Source: Candidatus Methylomirabilia bacterium (GTDB taxonomy: Bacteria; Methylomirabilota; Methylomirabilia; Rokubacteriales; CSP1-6). Taken from it: a stretch of 15,234 nucleotides of DNA. The stretch covers positions 1 to 15,234 of the forward strand of contig JBGQEL010000100.1 in NCBI GenBank assembly GCA_041496385.1, written 5' to 3'. Of this stretch, positions 1 through 12,023 are shown one piece after another. How positions within the stretch are numbered: position 1 is the stretch's first letter; each line of letters opens with the position of its first letter. The position numbers were made by a program, and so were the translations under genes. Under the pieces are notes generated by a model. That model did not search any database and was not told where the DNA came from. It worked only from the letters and a program-made list of their open reading frames with translations.

Positions 1-438
1 GCGATGGCGTGCGACCTGCGCTTTGCCGCCGAGGGCTCGAAGTTCGGCATCCCAGCGGCCAAGCTGAACATCATCTATCCGCCCGACTCGGTCGGCCAGC
101 TCGTGGATCTCGTCGGCCCGGCGTACGCGAAGGACATCCTCTACTCGGCGCGCACGGTGGACGACCGCGAAGCGCTCGCGACCGGCCTCGTCCAGCGCCT
201 GGTGCCGCCTGAGGAGCTGGAGGCGTACACCTACGACTACCTCCGGCAGGTCTCGGAGAACGCGCCCCAATCGATCCGCGGCTCCAAGCAGACGATCCAG
301 TCCTACCTCGTCGGCATGAGCGAGGAGCGCCGCAAGCGGCTCCGGGAGCTGGCGCTCGAGGCGTTCGAGAGCGAGGACTACAAGGAGGGCACGCGGGCGT
401 TCCTCGAGAAGCGGGCGCCGAAGTTCCAGGGGCGCTGA
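1..438 (+). CDS. Enoyl-CoA hydratase/isomerase (crotonase) family protein, 5'-partial
   Basis: ACDLRFAAEGSKFGIP, EALATGLVQRLVP and C-terminal SEDYKEGTRAFLEKRAPKFQGR are crotonase-family motifs; frame is open from base 1. Confidence 0.9.
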   Translation, partial: AMACDLRFAAEGSKFGIPAAKLNIIYPPDSVGQLVDLVGPAYAKDILYSARTVDDREALATGLVQRLVPPEELEAYTYDYLRQVSENAPQSIRGSKQTIQSYLVGMSEERRKRLRELALEAFESEDYKEGTRAFLEKRAPKFQGR

Positions 439-448
439 CGCCCCGGGG

Positions 449-1504
449 GTGCGCTTCGCCGTCCTCACCTCGACGCCGCTCTCACCGACGGAGGGGAGCG
501 GCACCTTCGTCGCCATCGACGGCCTGGCGCGCGGGCTCGCGGCCCTCGGCCACGACGTGGCGGTGCGGCCGCTCCGCCTGCGCTCCGGGTTCCACACGCT
601 CGACCGCTGGCTCTACAATGCCGGCGCGCTCGTCATGCCCCCCGCGGCCGACGTCGTCGTCGGTGTCGATCTCGACGGGTTCCTCTGGGCGCGGCGGCGT
701 CCGCGCGCGCGCTTCGTGGTGATGCTGAAGGGGATCATCGCCGACGAGCTCCAGAACGAGCGTGGCGTCGTCCGCGCGCTCCTCGGGATCCAGGCGCGCT
801 GGGAGCGGCGCAACACGGCGCGCGCCGACCGCGTGCTGGTCCCGAGCCACTACTCGGCGTCCGTCGCGGCCGCGGTCTACGCGATCCCGCCGGAGAAGCT
901 CGCCGTCGTCCCCGAGCCGGTCGACCTCGGCGAGTGGCGCCGGCGCTTCGCGGCGGCCGCGCGCCGCGCCGACGGGCACCCGACCGTGCTGTCGGTGGCG
1001 CGCATGTACCCGCGCAAGCGCCTCGAGGACCTCCTGCGCGCGGCCGCGATCCTCCGCGCGAGAATCCCCGAGGTCCGGATCCGCATCGTAGGGGAGGGGC
1101 CGGAGTCCAGGCGCCTGCGGGCGCTCCACGCCGGGCTCGGCCTCGGCGACACCGTGGCCCTGCTCGGCGAGATCTCCCGGGGCCAACTGGCCGTAGAATA
1201 TGTCAGTGCGCAGTGCTTCTGCCTCCCGACCGTGCAGGAAGGGTTCGGGCTCGTGTTCGCGGAGGCCATGACGGCGGGGCTGCCCGTGGTCGCGTGCCGC
1301 GCGGCGGCCGTGCCCGAGATCGTGGAGGACCGGCGCACCGGTTTTCTGGTGAATCCGAGGAGCCCGGACGAGCTTGCGATGGCCATGGAGACGCTGCTCT
1401 TGAACACGGGACTGGCGCGGGACTTCGGCGCCGCGGGCGCGCGGCGCGTCGAGGCGTTCGACCTGCCGAGCGTGGCGCGGCGCTTTCTCGAGGCGCTGCC
1501 GTGA
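449..1504 (+). CDS. Glycosyltransferase family 4 (GT-B)
   Basis: VARMYPRKRLEDLL and EGFGLVFAEAMTAGLPVV (E-x7-E) motifs; 351 aa; GTG start. Confidence 0.9.
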   Translation: MRFAVLTSTPLSPTEGSGTFVAIDGLARGLAALGHDVAVRPLRLRSGFHTLDRWLYNAGALVMPPAADVVVGVDLDGFLWARRRPRARFVVMLKGIIADELQNERGVVRALLGIQARWERRNTARADRVLVPSHYSASVAAAVYAIPPEKLAVVPEPVDLGEWRRRFAAAARRADGHPTVLSVARMYPRKRLEDLLRAAAILRARIPEVRIRIVGEGPESRRLRALHAGLGLGDTVALLGEISRGQLAVEYVSAQCFCLPTVQEGFGLVFAEAMTAGLPVVACRAAAVPEIVEDRRTGFLVNPRSPDELAMAMETLLLNTGLARDFGAAGARRVEAFDLPSVARRFLEALP

Positions 1505-1908
1505 GCGCGCTCGCCTACAGCACGCGCCGCTTCGCCTTCGCGGCCGGGCACCGCTACTGGGTGGACGCCTGGCCGGCCGCGGAGAACGAGCGCGTCTTCG
1601 GGAAGCTCACGGTGCCCCACGGGCACAACTACACGCTCGACGTGACGATCCGCGGACCGATCGACGCGCAGACGGGCATGGTCATCGACCTCGGCGAGCT
1701 CAAGCGCATCGTCGGCGAGACGGTCGTGGACCGCTTCGACCACGCGGATCTCTCCACCGACCCGCTCTTCCGCGGCCGGGTGCCGACGACCGAGAACGTC
1801 GCGATCGCGGTGTGGGAGCTGCTGGCGCCGAAGCTGGGCGCCGACCGGCTCTGGCAGGTGCGCGTCTGGGAGGACCCCACGCTCTACGTCGACTACCGGG
1901 GCGCCTGA
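1501..1908 (+). CDS. 6-pyruvoyl-tetrahydropterin synthase (PTPS/QueD family), copy 1, lacking the usual Cys before HGH
   Basis: GTG start overlaps upstream stop (GTGA 1501-1504); [29 protein letters not shown] motifs. Confidence 0.88.
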   Translation: MSALAYSTRRFAFAAGHRYWVDAWPAAENERVFGKLTVPHGHNYTLDVTIRGPIDAQTGMVIDLGELKRIVGETVVDRFDHADLSTDPLFRGRVPTTENVAIAVWELLAPKLGADRLWQVRVWEDPTLYVDYRGA

Positions 1909-2309
1909 TGGTCGAGCTCACGCGCGTCTACCACTTCAGCGCGGCCCATCGGCTCGAGAATCCCGCGCTGTCGCCGCAGGCGAACGCGGCGCTCTACGGC
2001 GCCTGCCACCGCCCGCACGGCCACAACTACTATCTCGAGATCACCGTCGCGGGACGCCCGGACCCGGCGACCGGCATGGCGCTGGACCTGGGGCGGCTCG
2101 ACGCGTCGGTGGGCCGCGCCCTCCTGGACCGGGTGGACCATCACGCGCTCGAAGGTGTGGACATCCTGGCGGGTGTGATCACGACGGGCGAGTGCCTGGC
2201 ACGCGCGTTCTGGCGGATCCTGACGCCCGAGATCGGCGCGGCGGCGCTCCGGCGCGTCACCGTCGTCGAGACCGCAAAGAACCGGTTCGCCTACGAAGGC
2301 GGAGAGTGA
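1908..2309 (+). CDS. 6-pyruvoyl-tetrahydropterin synthase (PTPS/QueD family), copy 2
   Basis: TGATG coupling at 1906-1910; [33 protein letters not shown] motifs. Confidence 0.88.
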   Translation: MVELTRVYHFSAAHRLENPALSPQANAALYGACHRPHGHNYYLEITVAGRPDPATGMALDLGRLDASVGRALLDRVDHHALEGVDILAGVITTGECLARAFWRILTPEIGAAALRRVTVVETAKNRFAYEGGE

Positions 2310-2872
2310 TGATCGAAAAGCTGATCGAGCAGCTGCTGAAGGAGCTGGGCGAGGACCCGACGCGCGAAGGGCTGGACAAGACGCCCGAGCGCGTGGCGAA
2401 GGCGTACAGGTACCTGACGTCCGGCTACGAGAAGAACGTCAAGGACGTGCTGAACGACGCCACGTTCGTCGAGGACTACGACGAGATGGTCATCGTGAAG
2501 GACATCGACTTCGCGAGCCTCTGCGAGCACCATCTGCTCCCGTTCGTCGGAAAGTGCCACGTCGCCTACATGCCCCAGCGCAAGATCGTGGGGCTGTCGA
2601 AGATCCCGCGGCTCGTCGAGATGTTCAGCCGGCGGCTCCAGGTGCAGGAGCGGCTCACGACCCAGATCGCCAACACGCTGAACGAGGCGCTCCAGCCGCG
2701 CGGCGTCGCGGTCGTCGTGGAGGCGATCCATCTCTGCATGCTCATCCGGGGCGTGGAGAAGCAGAACTCCAAGGCCGTGACCTCGGCGATGCTCGGCTCG
2801 TTCCGCGACCGGCCCGAGACGCGCGCGGAATTCATGGAGCTCATCAAGTCGGGCCGGGGGCTCCAGATTTGA
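2309..2872 (+). CDS. folE: GTP cyclohydrolase I
   Basis: [60 protein letters not shown] coupling at 2307-2311. Confidence 0.97.
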   Translation: MIEKLIEQLLKELGEDPTREGLDKTPERVAKAYRYLTSGYEKNVKDVLNDATFVEDYDEMVIVKDIDFASLCEHHLLPFVGKCHVAYMPQRKIVGLSKIPRLVEMFSRRLQVQERLTTQIANTLNEALQPRGVAVVVEAIHLCMLIRGVEKQNSKAVTSAMLGSFRDRPETRAEFMELIKSGRGLQI

Positions 2873-3600
2873 CCGCCGGGGCACGCGCGCTCGACGGCCA
2901 GGTCGCGATCGTCACCGGCGCCGGGCGCGGCATCGGGCGCGCCATCGCCGAGGCGTTCGCGCGCGAGGGCGCCGCGGTGGCGCTCGGCGCGCGCACGCGC
3001 CAGCAGCTCGCCGAGGTGGCCGCCGCGATCAAGAGCGCGGGTGGCCGGGCCCTGGCCGTGCCGACCGACGTGACGCAGGACGTGGCCCTCGAGGCGCTCG
3101 TCGAGCAGACCGTGGCCGAGCTCGGCCGCGTGGACGTGCTCGTGACGGCCGCGGGGGTCGCGTCGTTCGGCCCCGCCGCAGCGACGAAGCCCGGCGACTG
3201 GGACGCCATGCTCGCCGTGAACCTGCGCGCGGTGATGGTCGCCTGCCGGGCCGTCCTGCCCGTCATGATCCACCAGCGCCGCGGGACGATCCTGAACGTC
3301 GCCTCCATCGCCGCGCAGCGGGCGATTCCCGGCTCCGCCGCCTACGCGGCGACGAAAGCGGGGGTCGTCGCGTGGAGCCGCGTGCTGGCGGAGGAGCTGC
3401 GGCCCGACGGCGTCCGCGTGGGCGTGCTGCTTCCGGGGGCCGTGGACACGCCGCTCTGGGACTCGATTGCCGGTGGCCCGGACCGTGGCCGCATGCTGCG
3501 CCCGGAGGACGTCGCGCGTGCGGCCGTGCTGATGGCCTCGATGCCGCCCGGCGCCACCCTGGAGGAGCTGACCCTCCTGCCCGCGGGCGGCATCCTGTGA
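2869..3600 (+). CDS. SDR family oxidoreductase, probable sepiapterin reductase
   Basis: TGAGRGIG, catalytic YAATK, C-terminal PGAVDTPLW...MLRPEDVA...[15 protein letters not shown] start overlaps folE stop; substrate inferred from context. Confidence 0.8.
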   Translation: MTAGARALDGQVAIVTGAGRGIGRAIAEAFAREGAAVALGARTRQQLAEVAAAIKSAGGRALAVPTDVTQDVALEALVEQTVAELGRVDVLVTAAGVASFGPAAATKPGDWDAMLAVNLRAVMVACRAVLPVMIHQRRGTILNVASIAAQRAIPGSAAYAATKAGVVAWSRVLAEELRPDGVRVGVLLPGAVDTPLWDSIAGGPDRGRMLRPEDVARAAVLMASMPPGATLEELTLLPAGGIL

Positions 3601-3659
3601 TACGATTGACCTACACGTTCGCATAGGCGGGAAATCTCAGCGGATTCTGGAGGTTCGAT

Positions 3660-3986
3660 ATGGTGACCGTGACCGAGACGGCCGCGAAGAAGATCTCCGA
3701 GCTCAAGCTCGAAGAGGGCAAGCCCGAGTGGGGGCTCCGGATCCGGGTGGTGGGCGGAGGGTGCTCGGGCATGTCGTACGAGCTCGGCTGGGAGGACCAG
3801 CAGGCCCCGGACGACAGCGTCGTCGAGGCCCAGGGCATCAAGGTCTACGTCGACAAGATGAGCGCGCCCTACCTCCAGGGCAGCGAGATCGACTTCGTCG
3901 AGAACAACATGATGGGCGCCGGCTTCGCGATCAACAACCCGAACGTGAAGTCGAGCTGCGGCTGCGGCCAGTCTCACCGGTTCTAG
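3660..3986 (+). CDS. A-type Fe-S carrier (HesB/IscA/ErpA family)
   Basis: GGGCSGMSY and NPNVKSSCGCGQS motifs; GGAGG RBS at 3649-3653. Confidence 0.95.
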   Translation: MVTVTETAAKKISELKLEEGKPEWGLRIRVVGGGCSGMSYELGWEDQQAPDDSVVEAQGIKVYVDKMSAPYLQGSEIDFVENNMMGAGFAINNPNVKSSCGCGQSHRF

Positions 3987-4000
3987 CCGCGGGCCCCGCT

Positions 4001-4672
4001 GTGCGCGTCCGGGTCTGTCTGTTCGCCCGGTATCGTGAAGCCGCGGGGCGCGACCGGCTCGAGATCGACCTTCCCGAGGGCGGTACCGTCGAGGCGGCGT
4101 GGTCGGCCGTGGCCGAGCGCCACCCCGAGCTCGCGCCCTACCGCCCGTACACGCTGTTCGCCGTCGGCCAGGAATACGTCGAGCCCGAATACATGCTCTC
4201 GCCGGGCGACGAGCTCTGCCTGTTTCCGCCCGTGAGCGGCGGCGCGCCCGAGGACGTCTTCCGCGTGGTCGAGGAACCCCTCTCCCCCGATGCGATCGCC
4301 GCCGCGGTCGACGATCCCGGCGCGGGCGGGGTCGTGATCTTCTCCGGCGTCGTGCGGAACGAGACGGATGGGCGGGGCGTGAAGTTCCTCGAGTACGAGG
4401 GGCACGCGCCGATGGCCGAGGCGAAGATGCGCGAGATCGGCGCGACGATCCACGCGCGCTGGGCCTCCGTCAAGCGCGTGGCCATGCTCCACCGCGTCGG
4501 GCGGCTCGAGATCGGCGAGTCGAGCGTGCTGATCGCGGTGTCGGCGGCCCACCGCCAGGAGGCGTTCGAGGCGTGCACGTACGCGATCGACACGCTCAAG
4601 CGGACGGTGCCCGTCTGGAAGAAGGAGCACTTCGAGGACGGCCAGGTCTGGGTGGGGCTCCAGGGCGGATAG
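4001..4672 (+). CDS. moaE: Molybdopterin synthase MoaD-MoaE fusion
   Basis: VRVCLFARYRE...FPPVSGG (MoaD) directly followed by GAGGVVIFSGVVRN, LEYEGH, HRVGRL, IDTLKRTVPVWKKE (MoaE). Confidence 0.92.
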   Translation: MRVRVCLFARYREAAGRDRLEIDLPEGGTVEAAWSAVAERHPELAPYRPYTLFAVGQEYVEPEYMLSPGDELCLFPPVSGGAPEDVFRVVEEPLSPDAIAAAVDDPGAGGVVIFSGVVRNETDGRGVKFLEYEGHAPMAEAKMREIGATIHARWASVKRVAMLHRVGRLEIGESSVLIAVSAAHRQEAFEACTYAIDTLKRTVPVWKKEHFEDGQVWVGLQGG

Positions 4673-4676
4673 ACGG

Positions 4677-6050
4677 GTGAGCCTCGCCGGCGCGGTCGAG
4701 CGCACTCTTCGCCGCCACGCGATGATCGCCGGCGGCGAAACTGTCTTGGTCGCCGTCTCGGGCGGCGCCGACTCGACCGCGCTCCTGCACGTGCTCTGGC
4801 GCCTGGCGCCCGCCTGGCGCCTCCGGCTCCACGTCCTCCACGTGGACCACGGGCTCCGCTCCGACTCGGCACGCGACGCCGAGTTCGTCCGGGCGCTGGG
4901 CGCGCGCCTGGGCGTCACCGTGGACGTCACGGCGGTCACGGTCGCCCGGCAGGACTCGCTCGAAGCCGCCGCGCGGCTGGCGCGCTACGCCGCGCTCGAG
5001 GCCTGCGCCGACCGTGTCCGCGCGGACCGGATCGCCCTCGGCCATACCGCCGACGACCAGGCCGAGACGGTCCTGATGCGGCTGCTCGAGGGCACGGGCG
5101 TCCGCGGCCTGGCGGGGATTCCGCCCGTGCGTGGCCGCGTGATTCGCCCGCTGATCGAGTGCCGCCGGCCCGCGGTCGTCGAAGAGCTGCGCCGGGCGGG
5201 CCTCGACTGGGTCGAGGACCCGACGAACCGCGATCCGAAGTTCCTCAGGAACCGGGTCCGTCACGAGCTGCTGCCGCTGCTCGCCGGATCCTACAATCCG
5301 GCGATCAGCGAGACCCTGGCGCGGGTCGCGGCGCTGGCGCGCGAGTCCGTGGACGCCCTCGAGCGCGTCGCGGCCGCCGAGCTCGCGCGCCTCGGCGCGT
5401 TCGAGGAGGGCGCCGTCACCCTGCCGCTCGGCGCGCTCCGCGCCCTGCCGCGCCCGGCCGCGGCCGAGGTGCTTCGCCAGGCGGCGGCGCGCCTCGGGAG
5501 CCGGGCGCCGCTCCGCGCCTGGGCCCACCGCGGGCTGCGGCGCCTGCTCGCCGAGCCCGCGCCGCGCCGGCCGTTCCGCCTGGCCGGCGTGACGCTCGAG
5601 GTGAGCGGGCCGCGCGTGCGGCTCGCCCTCGCCGCGCTCGCCGAGCTCGTCGAGCGCCGGCTCGCGCTGCCGGGGCGCCTGGATCTCCCCGAGATCGGGA
5701 AGGCGCTCGAGGCGAGGCTCGGCGGCGTCGAGCGTTACGCGATTCCCGCCGAGGCCAACCGCGTGGTGTTCGACGCCGACGAGCTCCCGGAGGCGGTCCT
5801 GGTGCGCGCGCGCCGGCCGGGCGACCGCGTCGAGCCGTTCGGCGGATGCGCGCGCAAGCTGAAGGGGCTCCTTATCGACGCGAAGGTTCCGCGCTGGGAG
5901 CGGGGGCGGGTGCCCGTGATCGAGGCAGGGGGCCGCATCCTCTGGGTCGCCGGCGTCCGCCGCGGCGCCGCCGCGCCGGTGACCGCGCGCACGCGCCGCG
6001 TGCTCGAGCTGGCGCTCCTGCCGCTGGCGGAACCGCGCGCCGCCCAGTAG
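4677..6050 (+). CDS. tilS: tRNA(Ile)-lysidine synthetase
   Basis: [11 protein letters not shown]-loop, [22 protein letters not shown]...[11 protein letters not shown]-terminal [16 protein letters not shown]. Confidence 0.96.
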   Translation: MSLAGAVERTLRRHAMIAGGETVLVAVSGGADSTALLHVLWRLAPAWRLRLHVLHVDHGLRSDSARDAEFVRALGARLGVTVDVTAVTVARQDSLEAAARLARYAALEACADRVRADRIALGHTADDQAETVLMRLLEGTGVRGLAGIPPVRGRVIRPLIECRRPAVVEELRRAGLDWVEDPTNRDPKFLRNRVRHELLPLLAGSYNPAISETLARVAALARESVDALERVAAAELARLGAFEEGAVTLPLGALRALPRPAAAEVLRQAAARLGSRAPLRAWAHRGLRRLLAEPAPRRPFRLAGVTLEVSGPRVRLALAALAELVERRLALPGRLDLPEIGKALEARLGGVERYAIPAEANRVVFDADELPEAVLVRARRPGDRVEPFGGCARKLKGLLIDAKVPRWERGRVPVIEAGGRILWVAGVRRGAAAPVTARTRRVLELALLPLAEPRAAQ

Positions 6051-6061
6051 ACTGCTCTCCG

Positions 6062-7485
6062 ATGAGAGCGACGCTCGCGCTGCTCCTCGTCCTGTTTGCC
6101 GTCCTGCCGGCCGGCGCCCAGCCGCGCGCCCCCGAGCCGAAGGTCGATTCGCGCGCCCTCCTCCGCGCCCTCGAGGACGCGTTCAGCTCGGTCGCCGATC
6201 GCGTCACGCCCGCCGTCGTCAACGTGAGCACGGTGGGCAAGCGCGGCGCCGCCTCATCGGAAGACGTGCCGGAGCGCTTCAAGGAGTTCTTTGGCGAGGA
6301 GTTCTACGAGCGGTACTTCCGCCGGAAGCCGCGCGAGGACGCGCGCGCGAGTGGCTCGGGCGTGATCGTGGATCGGAAGGGATACATCTTGACGAACAAC
6401 CACGTCATCGAGAACGCTCAGGACATCACCGTGCGGCTCTCGGACGGACGGAAGCTGACCGCGAAGCTCGTCGGACGCGATCCGAAGACGGACCTCGCCG
6501 TGCTGAAGGTGGAGGCGCCGGGCCCGCTCCCGGCGGCCGAGCTGGGCGACTCCGATCACCTTCGCGTGGGACAGTGGGCGATCGCGATCGGCAGCCCGTT
6601 CGGCCTCGAGCGCACGGTCACGGTCGGCATCGTCTCGGCGACGGCCCGCAACCGCGTCGGCGTCGCGACCTACGAGAACTTCATCCAGACCGACGCGTCC
6701 ATCAACCCGGGCAACTCGGGCGGGCCGCTCCTGAACATCGACGGCAAGGTCATCGGCATCAACACCGCGATCGTCGCCGCGGGGCAGGGCATCGGCTTCT
6801 CGATCCCGATCAACCAGGCCAAGGACGTGATGCGCCAGCTCATCGCGGGCGGGCGCGTCGTCCGCGGCTGGCTCGGCATCGCCATCCAGGACACGACCGA
6901 CGATCTGGCGGAGGGCTTCGGCGTGAAGGAGCGCGCGGGCGTGATCGTGGCGGACGTCATGAAGGGCGGGCCCGCGGAGGTCGCCGGGCTGCGCCCGGGC
7001 GACGTGATCGTCGAGTTCAACGGCGGCCCCATCAAGGAGGTGCCGGAGCTCCAGCGGCGCGTCGCCGGCGTCGCGCCCGGCCAGACGGCGCGGCTCACCG
7101 TCGTCCGCGACAAGAAGCCCGTGAAGCTCAGCGTCAAGATCGGCGAGATGCCCGCCGAAGAACCCACGCCCGCCGCCGCCGAGGACGAGGAGGGCTGGGG
7201 GCTCGGCGTGGAGCCCCTGAGCGCCGACGCCGCGCACCGGCTCAACCTGCCCGTGTCGGGGGGGCTCCTCGTCAGCGAGGTCGCGCCTGGCAGCCCCGCG
7301 GACCGCGCCGGCCTCCGGCGGGGCGACGTGATCGTCGAGGTGGGCCGGACGCCCGTGCGGGAGCCCGCGACGCTCTACCGGGCGCTGGCGCAGCTCAAGC
7401 CCGGCGAGCGCATCCTCGTCTACATACACCGGCCGGGCGGGGGCGGGAGCAACCAGTACCTCGTCATGGAGCGCGGCAAGCAGCC

Positions 7486-7489
<4 letters not shown>
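6062..7489 (+). CDS. degP: Do/DegP/DegQ family periplasmic serine protease with two PDZ domains
   Basis: Signal peptide [19 protein letters not shown], triad motifs [22 protein letters not shown]; two PDZ repeats. Confidence 0.92.
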
Positions 7490-10059
<2,570 letters not shown>

Positions 10060-10066
<7 letters not shown>

Positions 10067-10221
10067 GCCGTCTCCTCCTCCGCCCGCGCCAGTACCAGGT
10101 CGAGGACTGCAGGCGCGATCACCCGCTCCATGACTCCTCCCAGCGACGCCGGGCGCTCACTGCCGGGCGCGATGCGCACCTCGTACCGCTCTTCCCGGAC
10201 GACTTGGCCGCGGCGCGCCAT
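10060..10221 (-). CDS. Small hypothetical protein (53 aa) coupled to the recombinase
   Basis: ATG at 10221; MARRGQVVREERYEVRIAP...EEETAW; its stop overlaps the recombinase start (GTGGTGA). Confidence 0.5.
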
Positions 10222-10244
10222 TCTCGGAGACCCTGGGGGCGTGG

Positions 10245-10460
10245 TCAAGCGCGCTCCGCCCGCCCCTGGCGATTCTGTGGCAGTTCTGAGGGCTGGCCCT
10301 CGCGCACGTAGACGATCCCCGGCTGCTCGTGGCCGCACCCGGGGCAGTAGGGCAGTGCCTCGGGTCCCCGGCGGTGCACGAGGCCGCGCCGGCATCGCGC
10401 GCAAACCTCGATGCGTTCCGGCGGCGGGCTGGACCAGTGGTACTCGGCCGCGGCGGTCAT
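10245..10460 (-). CDS. Small zinc-ribbon protein (71 aa)
   Basis: CARC-x15-CPGC; co-oriented with the element operon. Confidence 0.6.
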   Translation of the reverse strand: MTAAAEYHWSSPPPERIEVCARCRRGLVHRRGPEALPYCPGCGHEQPGIVYVREGQPSELPQNRQGRAERA

Positions 10461-10641
10461 CGCTCAGGCGCCTCGGGCCGCGAGCGCGGGTAGGTGATGG
10501 GTGGCTGATTGTGTCCGTTCTCGGCTCCGCAGGGGGTCCCAAGAGACCCCCGGGAGGGGCCGATTCCGGGTCGCGTCCGTGAGCCGTTGGCGCCGAGTCC
10601 GGGATCGTCTCCGGCCCGGAAGAGGGGTGTGGGGGGAAACC

Positions 10642-10909
10642 AACCGGGACAGATTTCTTTCTCTATAGAAATGTCCCGGTTATCAGAAGGGCTAGGATTC
10701 ATCGCCTGGCTCTCTAAGCGGGACACCGAAAGGATCACTGTCCCGGTTTGTGTCCCGGTTTCTAACCGCAAGCCCCCACTGTTGTTCTTTGCTCTTGCCA
10801 CCGGACTCGCCGCCAATACGCACGACGTTGTCCCGGTTTTCCAGGCGCTGCAGGGCCTTCTTGATTGTGGCGGGCACGATGTCGAGCTCTTCGGCGAGCT
10901 GTCCCGGTT
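10642..10909. repeat. Iteron-like 10-mer TGTCCCGGTT cluster with AT-rich spacer, candidate replication origin
   Basis: Direct copies at 10672, 10739, 10751, 10829, 10900; inverted copy at 10642; one-mismatch inverted copy at 10716; 20-bp spacer 10652-10671 is 15/20 A+T. Confidence 0.8.
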
Positions 10910-12023
10910 TCTTGGGCCCGCTCTTGAGCGCCTCGAGGATCTGAAAGGCCAGCGACGCGCCGCCAGTGTCCGGCTCACCGCTGCTCACCCGGATGGCACC
11001 CGATGCGTCGAACACAAACCGGATGGCGCCCGGGGGGCACTTCTTGCGATTCGTCTTGCGGTGGTAGAGCGAGACCGTCGTCTCGCCGTCCCCCTCATCG
11101 CCGCGGGCCTCGATCGTGGAGCGGGCGAGGTTTTGGATGTGCACACTCCCGTAGGGGCGCGCCGGCGCCTTGCTGTCGGCCTGGAGCTTGTTGACGTGCG
11201 CCAGGCAGAGCACCGTGCACGCCAGGCTCCGGAGCGCCACGAGGGCCGAGAGCGCAGCATCGGCATGCTCGGGTTCGGGGCCCGATGCGGGCGCCAAGCT
11301 GTCCGCGATCACGAAGTCAATCTCGTGGCGGGCCACCTCACCGCGGACCTCCGTGATCTCATCGGTCAGCCGGCGGCGCATCGTCCGGTGCAGGATCGTG
11401 CCGGGCATGGGCTTAGACCCGAGACCCACGCAGAGCTGCCAGAGCCGATAGTCCTGCTCATCGCGGTCCGATTCCCAGTCGAGATACAGCACCCGCCGGA
11501 TCGGGGCCACGCGCCACCGGGCCGAGATGGGGCGCTGGAGTAGCCCGGCCAAGGCGAGGGAGAGCGCGATATAGCTCTTGCCGGCGCCGCCGTCCCCGAA
11601 AAGGACCGTGAGCTGTCGGTACGGGATCCAGCCCTCGACCAGCCACCGGGCCGCCTCAATGGGCGGCCGGGGCTCCAGCGCGACCGCGGGCTCCCCGGTG
11701 CGAACGTGTTTGGCGGCCAGCCGGGAGGACCGCTCGATGATCGGGCGCCAGTCGCCGGTCGGCTCCGCCTCCTCGACCGCCTTGACGATCGCGGCGCGTC
11801 CCTGCGTGCTCGCGAGATTGACGCGTGCCCAGTGGAGCTCGGTGCCGTTGGCGTTCGAGACGGTGACCTCGGCCGAGAGTGCGTCGTGATGCTCCGATAG
11901 GCGCGTGAACTCGAGTACGGCCCCGCGCGCCTTCCAGACGACGAAGATGCTGTCGCCGATCGTCTTGACCACCGGATCCTCGACGCCGGTGGGCTTGAGG
12001 GCAAGGTCGACCGCGGTCACCAT
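10692..12023 (-). CDS. RepA/AAA_25-type (RecA-DnaB-like) replicative helicase with C-terminal winged HTH
   Basis: WLVEGWIP..QLTVLFGDGGAGKS Walker A, VLYLDWE, FVIADSL Walker B, LAHVNK, PYGS..IQNLARS; HTH ILEALKSGPKKPGQLAEELDIVPATIKKALQRL. Confidence 0.85.
   Translation of the reverse strand: MVTAVDLALKPTGVEDPVVKTIGDSIFVVWKARGAVLEFTRLSEHHDALSAEVTVSNANGTELHWARVNLASTQGRAAIVKAVEEAEPTGDWRPIIERSSRLAAKHVRTGEPAVALEPRPPIEAARWLVEGWIPYRQLTVLFGDGGAGKSYIALSLALAGLLQRPISARWRVAPIRRVLYLDWESDRDEQDYRLWQLCVGLGSKPMPGTILHRTMRRRLTDEITEVRGEVARHEIDFVIADSLAPASGPEPEHADAALSALVALRSLACTVLCLAHVNKLQADSKAPARPYGSVHIQNLARSTIEARGDEGDGETTVSLYHRKTNRKKCPPGAIRFVFDASGAIRVSSGEPDTGGASLAFQILEALKSGPKKPGQLAEELDIVPATIKKALQRLENRDNVVRIGGESGGKSKEQQWGLAVRNRDTNRDSDPFGVPLREPGDES

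Noticed and set aside
3606..3635. TTGACC and weak dyad CCTA-N10-TAGG upstream of the Fe-S carrier gene
   Set aside because: No convincing -10 at correct spacing; dyad too short to call an IscR/Rrf2 site
5159..6061. N-terminal extensions in the ORF track for degP, the sigma-54 regulator, SDR, moaE, PTPS and xis
   Set aside because: Arg/Pro/Ala-rich read-through overlapping real upstream genes; better starts exist at coupled junctions or RBSs
10457..10702. 81-aa - strand ORF across the origin whose stop overlaps the zinc-ribbon start
   Set aside because: Pro/Gly-rich with no motif and explained by origin sequence; coupling alone is insufficient, though not excluded
10642..10909. Repeat cluster as a CRISPR array
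   Set aside because: Repeats are 10 bp, irregularly spaced and in both orientations; no cas genes
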